A DNA stretch of 64,000 nt from Escherichia phage Lw1, in the sequence record KC801932; one strand, written 5' to 3'. Position 1 is the first letter of the stretch. Every line of letters begins with the position of its first letter. The position numbers and the translations under genes are program-made. This document shows, in pieces, positions 34,251 through 41,458 of the stretch. The notes beneath the pieces are model-generated. The model saw only the letters and a list, made by a program, of their open reading frames with translations, had not been told where the DNA came from and ran no database searches.

Positions 34251-34391
34251 TCAGTAGTCACCCATAGGTTGAGAAGAAGCAACGCTCAATACGAGGAAAG
34301 AGCACTTGTTGATCCGGCAATATTCTTTTGCACAGTGAACACTACCTTTCATCACAAACCCGTTTGAGAACACCAACCAGTAAAGTTTCAT
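34251..34391 (-). CDS. hypothetical small protein (46 aa; start at MKLYWL)
   Basis: AGGAGGTAA RBS; PeSL cassette 6 upstream. Confidence 0.4.
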   Translation of the reverse strand: MKLYWLVFSNGFVMKGSVHCAKEYCRINKCSFLVLSVASSQPMGDY

Positions 34392-34403
34392 GATTACCTC
34401 CTT

Positions 34404-34458
34404 TGTTTCGACACCCCTAATATAACAAAAGCCCCTGCACGAATGCAAGGGCTTTTTC
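34404..34458 (-). promoter_or_regulatory. PeSL-like cassette 6
   Basis: core tgtttcgacacccctaatataac plus hairpin agcccctgcacgaatgcaagggct. Confidence 0.6.
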
Positions 34459-34626
34459 AAATATTTTTCAACATGCGTAGTTGAGGTGGACAATCTGGAG
34501 AAGCAATCAAACGATCCAGGCGAGACATAACGCGACGGTATCCGTCATACTCAAACTTGATTTTAGGCGGTACGTAGTTCACGTTAATTGCGTTGCGCGT
34601 GTTAATGTTCGCTTCGTACTCAGGGA

Positions 34627-35148
34627 TCACGAACTCTCGCCGCGATGTTCGATGTGCTCCGTGATATCCTCAACAGTCTTATCAAGGTCCAGAGATTCAG
34701 CATCTTCCTTGATAATAGTCAAATCTACAGGCAGTGTCAACAGTCTTTTCACTCCGCTGATATCTTCGATACGAGAATCATACGCAAGGGTAACATGCGG
34801 TTTGTAGTTGTCAAAATCGTAAGTCGCTCCGGCATCCATCGCATCATTGAAACGGCTATGCAGATAATCAGACTCCAGAACACCGACGATAGTGTTACCG
34901 TATTTTGTGTCCCACTTCTCTACGTCAACCAGTCGGGCAGGTTCAGAGATACCAGAGGCAGGGAACAAATCAACCGTCTTACGGCTATACACAATCGTTG
35001 TATGAAGTTTTTCAGCAGACACCGGATTCTCTACACCCAGAAGTTTTTGCACTTGTGCAAGCGCTTCACAGGAAGCCTGATCGAACTTCGCACACATATA
35101 GATCCCCGAATCAACTACGGGTTTCGCAACTTCAATAAAACTTTTCAT
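34627..35148 (-). CDS. acb1: 2H phosphoesterase, Acb1-like anti-CBASS nuclease (T4 gene 57B position)
   Basis: two H-x-T-x motifs (LHTTIVYS and PHVTLAYD) about 70 aa apart; immediately downstream of 57A as 57B is in T4. Confidence 0.7.
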   Translation of the reverse strand: MKSFIEVAKPVVDSGIYMCAKFDQASCEALAQVQKLLGVENPVSAEKLHTTIVYSRKTVDLFPASGISEPARLVDVEKWDTKYGNTIVGVLESDYLHSRFNDAMDAGATYDFDNYKPHVTLAYDSRIEDISGVKRLLTLPVDLTIIKEDAESLDLDKTVEDITEHIEHRGESS

Positions 35149-35160
35149 GTGTACTCCAAA

Positions 35161-35185
35161 TGAAAAAGGGGCCGAAGCCCCTAGT
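35161..35185 (-). terminator. hairpin ggggcttcggcccc + T5 terminator between 57A and acb1
   Basis: same stem-loop as 20313-20335. Confidence 0.6.
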
Positions 35186-35202
35186 GGTTAAACGCCTAAG
35201 CG

Positions 35203-35454
35203 TTAAGCATCTTTTGTTTCTGCGTCATCGGCTTCCGGCAGAAGTGCTTTGATAGCACCCAGCAGAGCATCAGGGGTTACACCCTGGGAACCGTCGATTT
35301 CCAGCAGACCGCAAATTTGACCGACGAGTTGGCGATGGCTTTGCAGTTCCTGATCTTTACCCTGAATGATTTCGTTCAGATCGAATACACGGGCTTTCAG
35401 AAGCAGGATGTCACTTTGCAGTTGCTGGGTTTGGTTTTTGGTTTGTTCAGTCAT
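35203..35454 (-). CDS. 57A: tail fibre assembly chaperone gp57A
   Basis: 83 aa, coiled-coil, acidic C-terminus; recalled similarity to T4 gp57A; synteny with gene 1. Confidence 0.75.
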   Translation of the reverse strand: MTEQTKNQTQQLQSDILLLKARVFDLNEIIQGKDQELQSHRQLVGQICGLLEIDGSQGVTPDALLGAIKALLPEADDAETKDA

Positions 35455-35465
35455 TGTTTACACTC

Positions 35466-36125
35466 TTAAAAGTTAAATACATTCAGCACGTCAGTTTTCA
35501 ATTCACCAAGCGTACCATTATTTAGGATGATAATATCGTTTGGTTGGGGTTTCAATCCTTTCTCAGTTGAATGGCTATCGTCTTCCCCAGTTTCGCGTTC
35601 GATGAATACAAATTTAGTCCCGAACTTGCTCAGGTATTTATATTCATGTTTTTGTCGAACGTCTGTAATGATAAAGTGATCTTTATCGGATTTCAAGATT
35701 TTCTTCAATACAATGTCAGTCCATACAGAATCGTTCTCATTGCAAACGATGTCAGTACCGAAAACCTGCATCAAACGGCGTATTGTCCAGGGATGTTTGT
35801 TTGTTTGGCAAATTTCATACGCGATGATATCAGCATTATTAAGCCAGTACCCGCGTTTAGTCAACGATTCAATGCCATTAGCAAACAGCATACGCGCACC
35901 TTCGTTAGACATCAACAGGGGTGCTTCCCGATCCCCTGAATAGAATGGGTTTGTTTTAGAGAGTTCTCGCAGATAGCGATCCCCTGATGCAGACATTCCA
36001 TTTCTCAGGATACTCTTTATTTCATCAGCAAGCGCGATTGCTTCAACGTTCTGATAGTTATCCAAAACGAATTGAGAAACGGTGTCTTTACCTGTTCTCT
36101 TTTTTCCGCAAATACCATAAATCAT
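35466..36125 (-). CDS. 1: deoxynucleoside monophosphate kinase gp1
   Basis: P-loop GICGKKRTGKDT, WTIRRLMQVFGTD, ITDVRQ; collinear with recalled T4 gp1. Confidence 0.85.
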   Translation of the reverse strand: MIYGICGKKRTGKDTVSQFVLDNYQNVEAIALADEIKSILRNGMSASGDRYLRELSKTNPFYSGDREAPLLMSNEGARMLFANGIESLTKRGYWLNNADIIAYEICQTNKHPWTIRRLMQVFGTDIVCNENDSVWTDIVLKKILKSDKDHFIITDVRQKHEYKYLSKFGTKFVFIERETGEDDSHSTEKGLKPQPNDIIILNNGTLGELKTDVLNVFNF

Positions 36126-36661
36126 GATTCTTTTTTCCGTGGAGTCGGCACGAGTACCTTTCCGTCTATCTCAATTTCCATATGTGCGAAGTTGAACATA
36201 GCCATACAGGAAACGGCTTCATCCGAGTCATTAGTGTACATAAGCTCAAGCTCTCCCAGGTTGGAGGGCCAAGCACCATAAAAGCGAAATGTCGCCACAG
36301 TTTTTGATTGCGAGTTATCCAGGATGTGTAAAGCCATTGCCTGTTGTGGTTCACTCCATCGAATTGAATCGAAGGTGTTAAAATCACAGGTTCCAAGCAT
36401 CCACAGGTAAACACCCAGATACGAACGCAATTCTTCATCAACAGCAAAACGGATAGTCAACGGATCGAACTCCATTGCAGATCCAGGGATTTTCCCACGG
36501 ATCATAGGGTTCAATGGTACGTCCGTAATTGGAATGTTGACAGAAGGTAGTGTAACACCCTGAATTTGTAGTTTCAACCCTTTCATATAATCATTATCAG
36601 GAATATCTAACATAAAGTTAGTTGGTGAAATCTGGTTCAGGATCATAGCAGTAGTGTTCAT
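36122..36661 (-). CDS. 3: tail tube terminator / tail completion protein gp3
   Basis: 179 aa in the conserved 4-2-3-1 order; called by size and synteny only. Confidence 0.55.
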   Translation of the reverse strand: MNTTAMILNQISPTNFMLDIPDNDYMKGLKLQIQGVTLPSVNIPITDVPLNPMIRGKIPGSAMEFDPLTIRFAVDEELRSYLGVYLWMLGTCDFNTFDSIRWSEPQQAMALHILDNSQSKTVATFRFYGAWPSNLGELELMYTNDSDEAVSCMAMFNFAHMEIEIDGKVLVPTPRKKES

Positions 36662-36695
36662 TAATGATCTCCATTTTGTAGATATTTATGTAGAC

Positions 36696-36860
36696 CGTGA
36701 GCGAAGCGAACACACGAACGAAGTGAGTGTTTTTAACTCAACTACATAATTATATATTTATATTTTATATATAGAGAAAAATGTAGTTTTTGGTATGGTT
36801 TTTAACCAACTGTAAACTATCCGTCTTCGCTTCGCTTGACGGAACTCGCTTCGCTCGTGA
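36696..36860. repeat. composite inverted-repeat element: GAGCGAAGCGA / TCGCTTCGCTC arms flanking an AT-rich core with nested CTACAT..ATGTAG palindrome
   Basis: left arm 36699-36709, right arms 36827-36836 and 36846-36856; alternating TA tract 36750-36775; TATAAATA on minus strand at 36755-36762. Confidence 0.6.
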
Positions 36861-36931
36861 TCTTGAAAAACTATTTGACCCTTTCAATAAATAGGTATAT
36901 CATACCTATACTTTCAAAAGAGATTGAAAAC

Positions 36932-37717
36932 ATGAAATCATTCAAAGAACTACTGTCTGAATCTGTTCAGACCAAAAAATTTGCTAAAACTGTTGATCTG
37001 GTTGACCGTGGTAATGCTTCAAAAGGTCAGATCGGTTTCCTGCACTTTGCACACGGTGCTGATTACGATGTGTATGCGCCGGACTCTCACGATCTCGCCT
37101 ACTTCGGTAAAGGTGTTGTTCGCCTGAAAGGTAAAACCACTGGTAAAACTCAGGCTGCATATGTTGACTGGGCGAAAGGTACGGTTTCTTTCTATAGCGG
37201 CGATCCGGCAGATGACCTGAAATTCGACAAGCCAGCGAAATTCAAAGGCGCTTCCCTGTACAAAGAAGCCGAAGAAAATCTGGATCTGTATAATCAGTTA
37301 GCGGAAGACTTCGAAATTGATGTACCGATGGATGAAGCACTGGTGAAAGGTAAGGTGTACAAGCTCCCAAGCAACGATATGCGCTTGCTGTATACCGGAC
37401 GTACCAAAAACAAGCCTACAGGTGAATACGCTGTGTTTACGGTTGTAGATGCCTCCGGTAAGCCTCGTCTGGTATCGGGTAAACGATTTACCCAGGAATA
37501 CAAAGGCGATATGCTGTCTAAACTGGTTCTCGCTGAATCGGAAGATCTGAACGAGGCCGCTAAAGGCATTCGCGAAAAAGTTATTGCGGTGTTGGTGAAG
37601 CGCGGGTTTAACGAAAAAGATGCAGAAAAGATGGTTGATAAAAACCTAAAAGATGCGATGAAAGTTCGCCCTGGTGCAACTCCAGGAAAACTAGCGGAAA
37701 TCGTGAGCACCTTGTAA
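36932..37717 (+). CDS. candidate internal head protein with capsid targeting sequence
   Basis: N-terminus MKSFKELLSE matches the T4 IP CTS pattern MKTYQEFIAE with an L-x-E protease site; E. coli-optimal codon usage; AATAAATA upstream; plus-strand insert in minus-strand module. Confidence 0.5.
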   Translation: MKSFKELLSESVQTKKFAKTVDLVDRGNASKGQIGFLHFAHGADYDVYAPDSHDLAYFGKGVVRLKGKTTGKTQAAYVDWAKGTVSFYSGDPADDLKFDKPAKFKGASLYKEAEENLDLYNQLAEDFEIDVPMDEALVKGKVYKLPSNDMRLLYTGRTKNKPTGEYAVFTVVDASGKPRLVSGKRFTQEYKGDMLSKLVLAESEDLNEAAKGIREKVIAVLVKRGFNEKDAEKMVDKNLKDAMKVRPGATPGKLAEIVSTL

Positions 37718-37721
37718 AAAT

Positions 37722-37753
37722 AAAGCCCCTTCCTTTCGGTTGGGGCTTTTTTT
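37722..37753 (+). terminator. hairpin + T7 terminator, same sequence as 443-476
   Basis: identical 30-nt sequence. Confidence 0.7.
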
Positions 37754-38606
37754 AATATCGGTTCCAAACTTTTTTCGCGCTGTATGGTTTTCCTTTCGAC
37801 TGGAAAGCCTGTGTAGGCAACCAAACTGCTTTCGCCCAGTCTTTTGGGGCTATCTCTGCAAGAGGTGATCGCAGGTGCGCAGGTAAGTATGCTTTGATCA
37901 TTTGATCTGCACCGCGCATCCCTTTCACGTTGTTCCAGTTGATTTTCAATCTGGTTTTGTTTGAAAGGCGATCTGTTGAACCATAACCACGTTTCAACAG
38001 TTCTTCTAAAAACTCTTGACGGGCTTTAGGTGGCGCATAGTGCAAGTTCAAACCGTACAGAACAACGTTACCCGCTTTAGAACGTCCTGAACCCAGGAAG
38101 ATGATTAGCGGGAACCGATCCCAGTATGGTAAGGTGTCTTTATATTTCGCGTCATACACGAACGTATACAGGCGACCTGTTGCTGGTTTCGCTACCCTGT
38201 GCGTTTTGATGCTGGTTTTGATGAAGTCACCAAACCAATCGGTTGAATCCTTTTGACGTTTCGCAGCAGAAACACCAACTGTAATTTTCCGTAAACTATT
38301 TCGGAAGTCGTTGATGATGTCAACTGTATGTTTTTTGCGATAGTCATTGCGTTTTCGTCGGGCTTCGGTTTCTGCTGTACGTCGCGAGATTTCATCATCA
38401 ATCTGCTGTTTATAGCGGTGCATAGACTTTGTGAACGTTGCGTATGCAATCCCGTTTTCGTCCGCGAATTTTTTGGCTGTCATGCCTTTTAATTTTGCGC
38501 GTCTGAATTTAACACCCAGTTCAACCCATTCACCAAGTTTTCGCTTCGGTGGCGGTTTCGGCTTATCTTCTTCTGCGATGATCTCAAACTCAAATATAAA
38601 ACTCAT
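37752..38606 (-). CDS. 2: DNA end protector protein gp2
   Basis: 284 aa basic protein between genes 4 and 3; size and synteny with T4 gene 2. Confidence 0.65.
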   Translation of the reverse strand: MSFIFEFEIIAEEDKPKPPPKRKLGEWVELGVKFRRAKLKGMTAKKFADENGIAYATFTKSMHRYKQQIDDEISRRTAETEARRKRNDYRKKHTVDIINDFRNSLRKITVGVSAAKRQKDSTDWFGDFIKTSIKTHRVAKPATGRLYTFVYDAKYKDTLPYWDRFPLIIFLGSGRSKAGNVVLYGLNLHYAPPKARQEFLEELLKRGYGSTDRLSNKTRLKINWNNVKGMRGADQMIKAYLPAHLRSPLAEIAPKDWAKAVWLPTQAFQSKGKPYSAKKVWNRY

Positions 38607-38627
38607 AATTCCCTCCGTTTAGGGTAT

Positions 38628-39095
38628 TTATTGCCCTTTCCATCCAAATACACGTTTCAACGTGTCTTCTGTGATGATCTTAAACTCCCAGCCCTTTTGT
38701 TTTGCTGCTGCATTAGCGGCTTTCCATTTGTCAATGTTTACTGCATAAGTATACAGCGCATCAACAAATTTCTTTTTGTTGTGAACGTTGTTATTCGCTG
38801 GTTTCGGTGGTGGCAATGTTTCTTTCATCGGTTTGACTTCCCATAGGTAGGTCACTCCGTTATCCATTTCAACATAAAAATCCATGAAGTAACGCCGTCT
38901 TTTACCGTCTGCGTTGCTGAAATAGGGGATAACAACCTCTTCACTGTTCCAGCGCTTTACATGCGGGTTTCGATCAAGCCAGTTCATAATATATTTTTCC
39001 CAGCTTGAACGATACGTTATCTTTCGGGGATCGCCTTTATATTTTGTGATGTTCTGGGGCATAAAAGACCCCTTGTACGTCTGTCTTCCAGCCAT
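38628..39095 (-). CDS. 4: head completion protein gp4
   Basis: 155 aa; MAG.QTYKGSF...KYKG...ITYRSSWE...EE..IPYFS recalled from T4 gp4; divergent from gene 53. Confidence 0.8.
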   Translation of the reverse strand: MAGRQTYKGSFMPQNITKYKGDPRKITYRSSWEKYIMNWLDRNPHVKRWNSEEVVIPYFSNADGKRRRYFMDFYVEMDNGVTYLWEVKPMKETLPPPKPANNNVHNKKKFVDALYTYAVNIDKWKAANAAAKQKGWEFKIITEDTLKRVFGWKGQ

Positions 39096-39138
39096 TTTAG
39101 ATCCTAAATATAGTAAACATTAGATAGGGGAAATTACA

Positions 39139-39693
39139 ATGTTGTTCTCATTCTTCCCGCCTGTTGATTATAAAGGCACACCAACTACTGATATCTACCG
39201 CGATTATCGTTTTTACTTCAATCGCGTAATCAGGAATTATAAGCCCCGCACATATCAACTGACAGGATCATTAAGACCTGAACAATTAGCGGAAACGCTA
39301 TACGGAAACCAACAATACTACTGGGTTATCCTGATGCTCAATGATAATTACGATCCGTTCTATGGATGGATTACAGATCAGGAAACCGCTTATCAATGCG
39401 CTGTTCAGCGTTATTCGAAAGTAGGTGGTGAGCAAGTTCTTTACCATATGGACGGACAAAGCAACCGTTATTATAACCTGGTTGAAGATCCGACTAACCC
39501 CGGTCATTGGTATGACAAGGGTGATAAAGATATGCGTTATTTGCAGTATCAGGGAACTTTAGTCCCTGTAGATATTTATGAAGATGCCGTGTTGCAAAAT
39601 GAAGCACTTCGTACCATTAAAATTATCAATCCCTCTGATATTCAATCGTTTGTAAGCGATTATATCAAGGAAATGGAAAAGGCGAACACATGA
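39139..39693 (+). CDS. 53: baseplate wedge subunit gp53
   Basis: MLF.FF.P..Y...TDI.R.Y..YF.R, NDNYDP.YGWIT.QE.AYQ, YDKGDK, collinear with recalled T4 gp53. Confidence 0.85.
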   Translation: MLFSFFPPVDYKGTPTTDIYRDYRFYFNRVIRNYKPRTYQLTGSLRPEQLAETLYGNQQYYWVILMLNDNYDPFYGWITDQETAYQCAVQRYSKVGGEQVLYHMDGQSNRYYNLVEDPTNPGHWYDKGDKDMRYLQYQGTLVPVDIYEDAVLQNEALRTIKIINPSDIQSFVSDYIKEMEKANT

Positions 39694-41456
39694 GATACGG
39701 TGGAAATGCAAACTCCCCGTTTTTTGATGGGGTTGTTGAAGAAGTTGATGACCCGTTATTTCTGGGACGGGTTCGGGTTCGCGTATTTGGTGAACACCCA
39801 GCACAGAAACAGAAATCTGAAACTATCGGTATTCCTGTTGAGGAATTGCCGTGGATGGTTCCTATCCAGAACATCACCAGCGCTGCTGTATCAGGAGTTG
39901 GGTTCTCTCCGACTGGTATCGTAAGAGGTAGCTTTGTATTCGGCGTATGGCGCGATAAATGGCATCAGGACGGCGTTATACTGGGAACCTATGCAGGGCA
40001 GTATGTTGAGAAGCCCGACACTCAGAAAGGCTTCTGTGACCCGTTTGGTGAGTATCCCCGCTACGTTGGTAACGATGTCAACGTATTGGCTCGTGGTGGT
40101 GTAGAAGGTAGGACATCAAGTAGTGTTGTTATCCGTGATGCAAACAGTTCATTGGCAGTAAACCCAGACGATCGCCCACTGGACGAAATACCGGAAGATA
40201 ACCGACCGGACACTGGCGGTTTCACCATTGAAACAATGATCAAGCAGGATGAAGGTATTCGGTTGACGTGGTATTATGATGTTAAAGGTTATACAATCGG
40301 GATTGGACACTTTTTCTTAACCGCTCCACAAGGTACAGATCCGGCAGTTGTTAACGCAGCGTTATCTAAACAAATTGGTAGAACTGTTACTGGTGTTCCT
40401 GGATCAATCACAGCAGAAGAAGCGGGCGTTTTATTTCAGCAAGATTTAGCTAAAGTTCATAGAGATATTCAGAATAATAGCAAAGTTCGTGAAGTATATC
40501 ATGATCTTAACCGTCCGCGCCAGATGGCTATTGAAAACATGTGCTTTCAGATGGGTGTTGGTGGTGTAGCAAAATTTACAAATGCTCTGGCTGCTATGAA
40601 GAGTCAGGACTGGCAAACCGCCTACAACGAACTGAGAAACTCAACATGGGCTAACCAGACACCAGGACGTTCTTCACGCGTATCTAAAATCGTGCTGACC
40701 GGAAACCTTGAATCATATGGTGTTATGGTTCCAGATCCAGAAGGAAGAAGCCTAAGCGCTGCTTATAACGCTGTAGTTCTGCAAGCCAGTAACCCAGAAG
40801 ACCCTTTTGTTCCTGGTGATACCCGTGTAATGTTCGAGGAACCAAAATCTGCATACGCTGCTGAATATCCTTACAATATGGTGTTTGAATCTCGTTCGGG
40901 ACATATTCAAGAATTCGACGATACACCAGGATTTGAACGTTATAACCGCGTTCACCCGGCAGGGACATATGAAGAAATTCGTCCTGATGGAAGCCGTGTC
41001 GTAAAAATTATGGGTGATGATTATCAGATTGTTATGCAGGGCAGGAAACTGAACGTTAAAGGCAATTTGCAAGTGGTAGTCGAAGGTGATGCGTTCATTT
41101 ACAATATGGGTAACGTTCAACAGACTGTTGATGGAAACGTAACTGAGTTCGTGCGCGGTAACGTAAACCAGACTGTCGAGGGTGAATATGTGGGACGCGT
41201 AAAAGGTAACGCAGAATTAACCGTCGAAAAAGATGCTACTATAAACGTGGATCAGAATTTAATGGCTAACGTTAAACAGAATGCAACTGTTAACGTAACC
41301 GAAGATGCAACTGTTACCGCAAAAAATGCGATGATGGATATTGAACAAGACTTCGATTTAAACGCGAACAATATCACAATGGTTGCCCGACAAAATACAT
41401 TAATAGATTCCGGTTCTCTGACTAAGATAACTGGTGGAACAGTCCAGGTAGGTTAA
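39690..41456 (+). CDS. 5: baseplate central spike / tail lysozyme gp5
   Basis: N-terminal OB domain (LGRVRVRVFGEH), T4-lysozyme-type domain (GYTIGIGHF), C-terminal beta-helix VxGxxxxxVEG repeats. Confidence 0.9.
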   Translation: MRYGGNANSPFFDGVVEEVDDPLFLGRVRVRVFGEHPAQKQKSETIGIPVEELPWMVPIQNITSAAVSGVGFSPTGIVRGSFVFGVWRDKWHQDGVILGTYAGQYVEKPDTQKGFCDPFGEYPRYVGNDVNVLARGGVEGRTSSSVVIRDANSSLAVNPDDRPLDEIPEDNRPDTGGFTIETMIKQDEGIRLTWYYDVKGYTIGIGHFFLTAPQGTDPAVVNAALSKQIGRTVTGVPGSITAEEAGVLFQQDLAKVHRDIQNNSKVREVYHDLNRPRQMAIENMCFQMGVGGVAKFTNALAAMKSQDWQTAYNELRNSTWANQTPGRSSRVSKIVLTGNLESYGVMVPDPEGRSLSAAYNAVVLQASNPEDPFVPGDTRVMFEEPKSAYAAEYPYNMVFESRSGHIQEFDDTPGFERYNRVHPAGTYEEIRPDGSRVVKIMGDDYQIVMQGRKLNVKGNLQVVVEGDAFIYNMGNVQQTVDGNVTEFVRGNVNQTVEGEYVGRVKGNAELTVEKDATINVDQNLMANVKQNATVNVTEDATVTAKNAMMDIEQDFDLNANNITMVARQNTLIDSGSLTKITGGTVQVG

Positions 41457-41458
41457 TC

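Noticed and set aside
36836-36931. N-terminal extension (MTELASLVILKNYL...) of the internal-protein ORF
   Set aside because: Extension runs through the AT-rich promoter region and the 7-bp palindrome; the downstream ATG gives the CTS-like N-terminus
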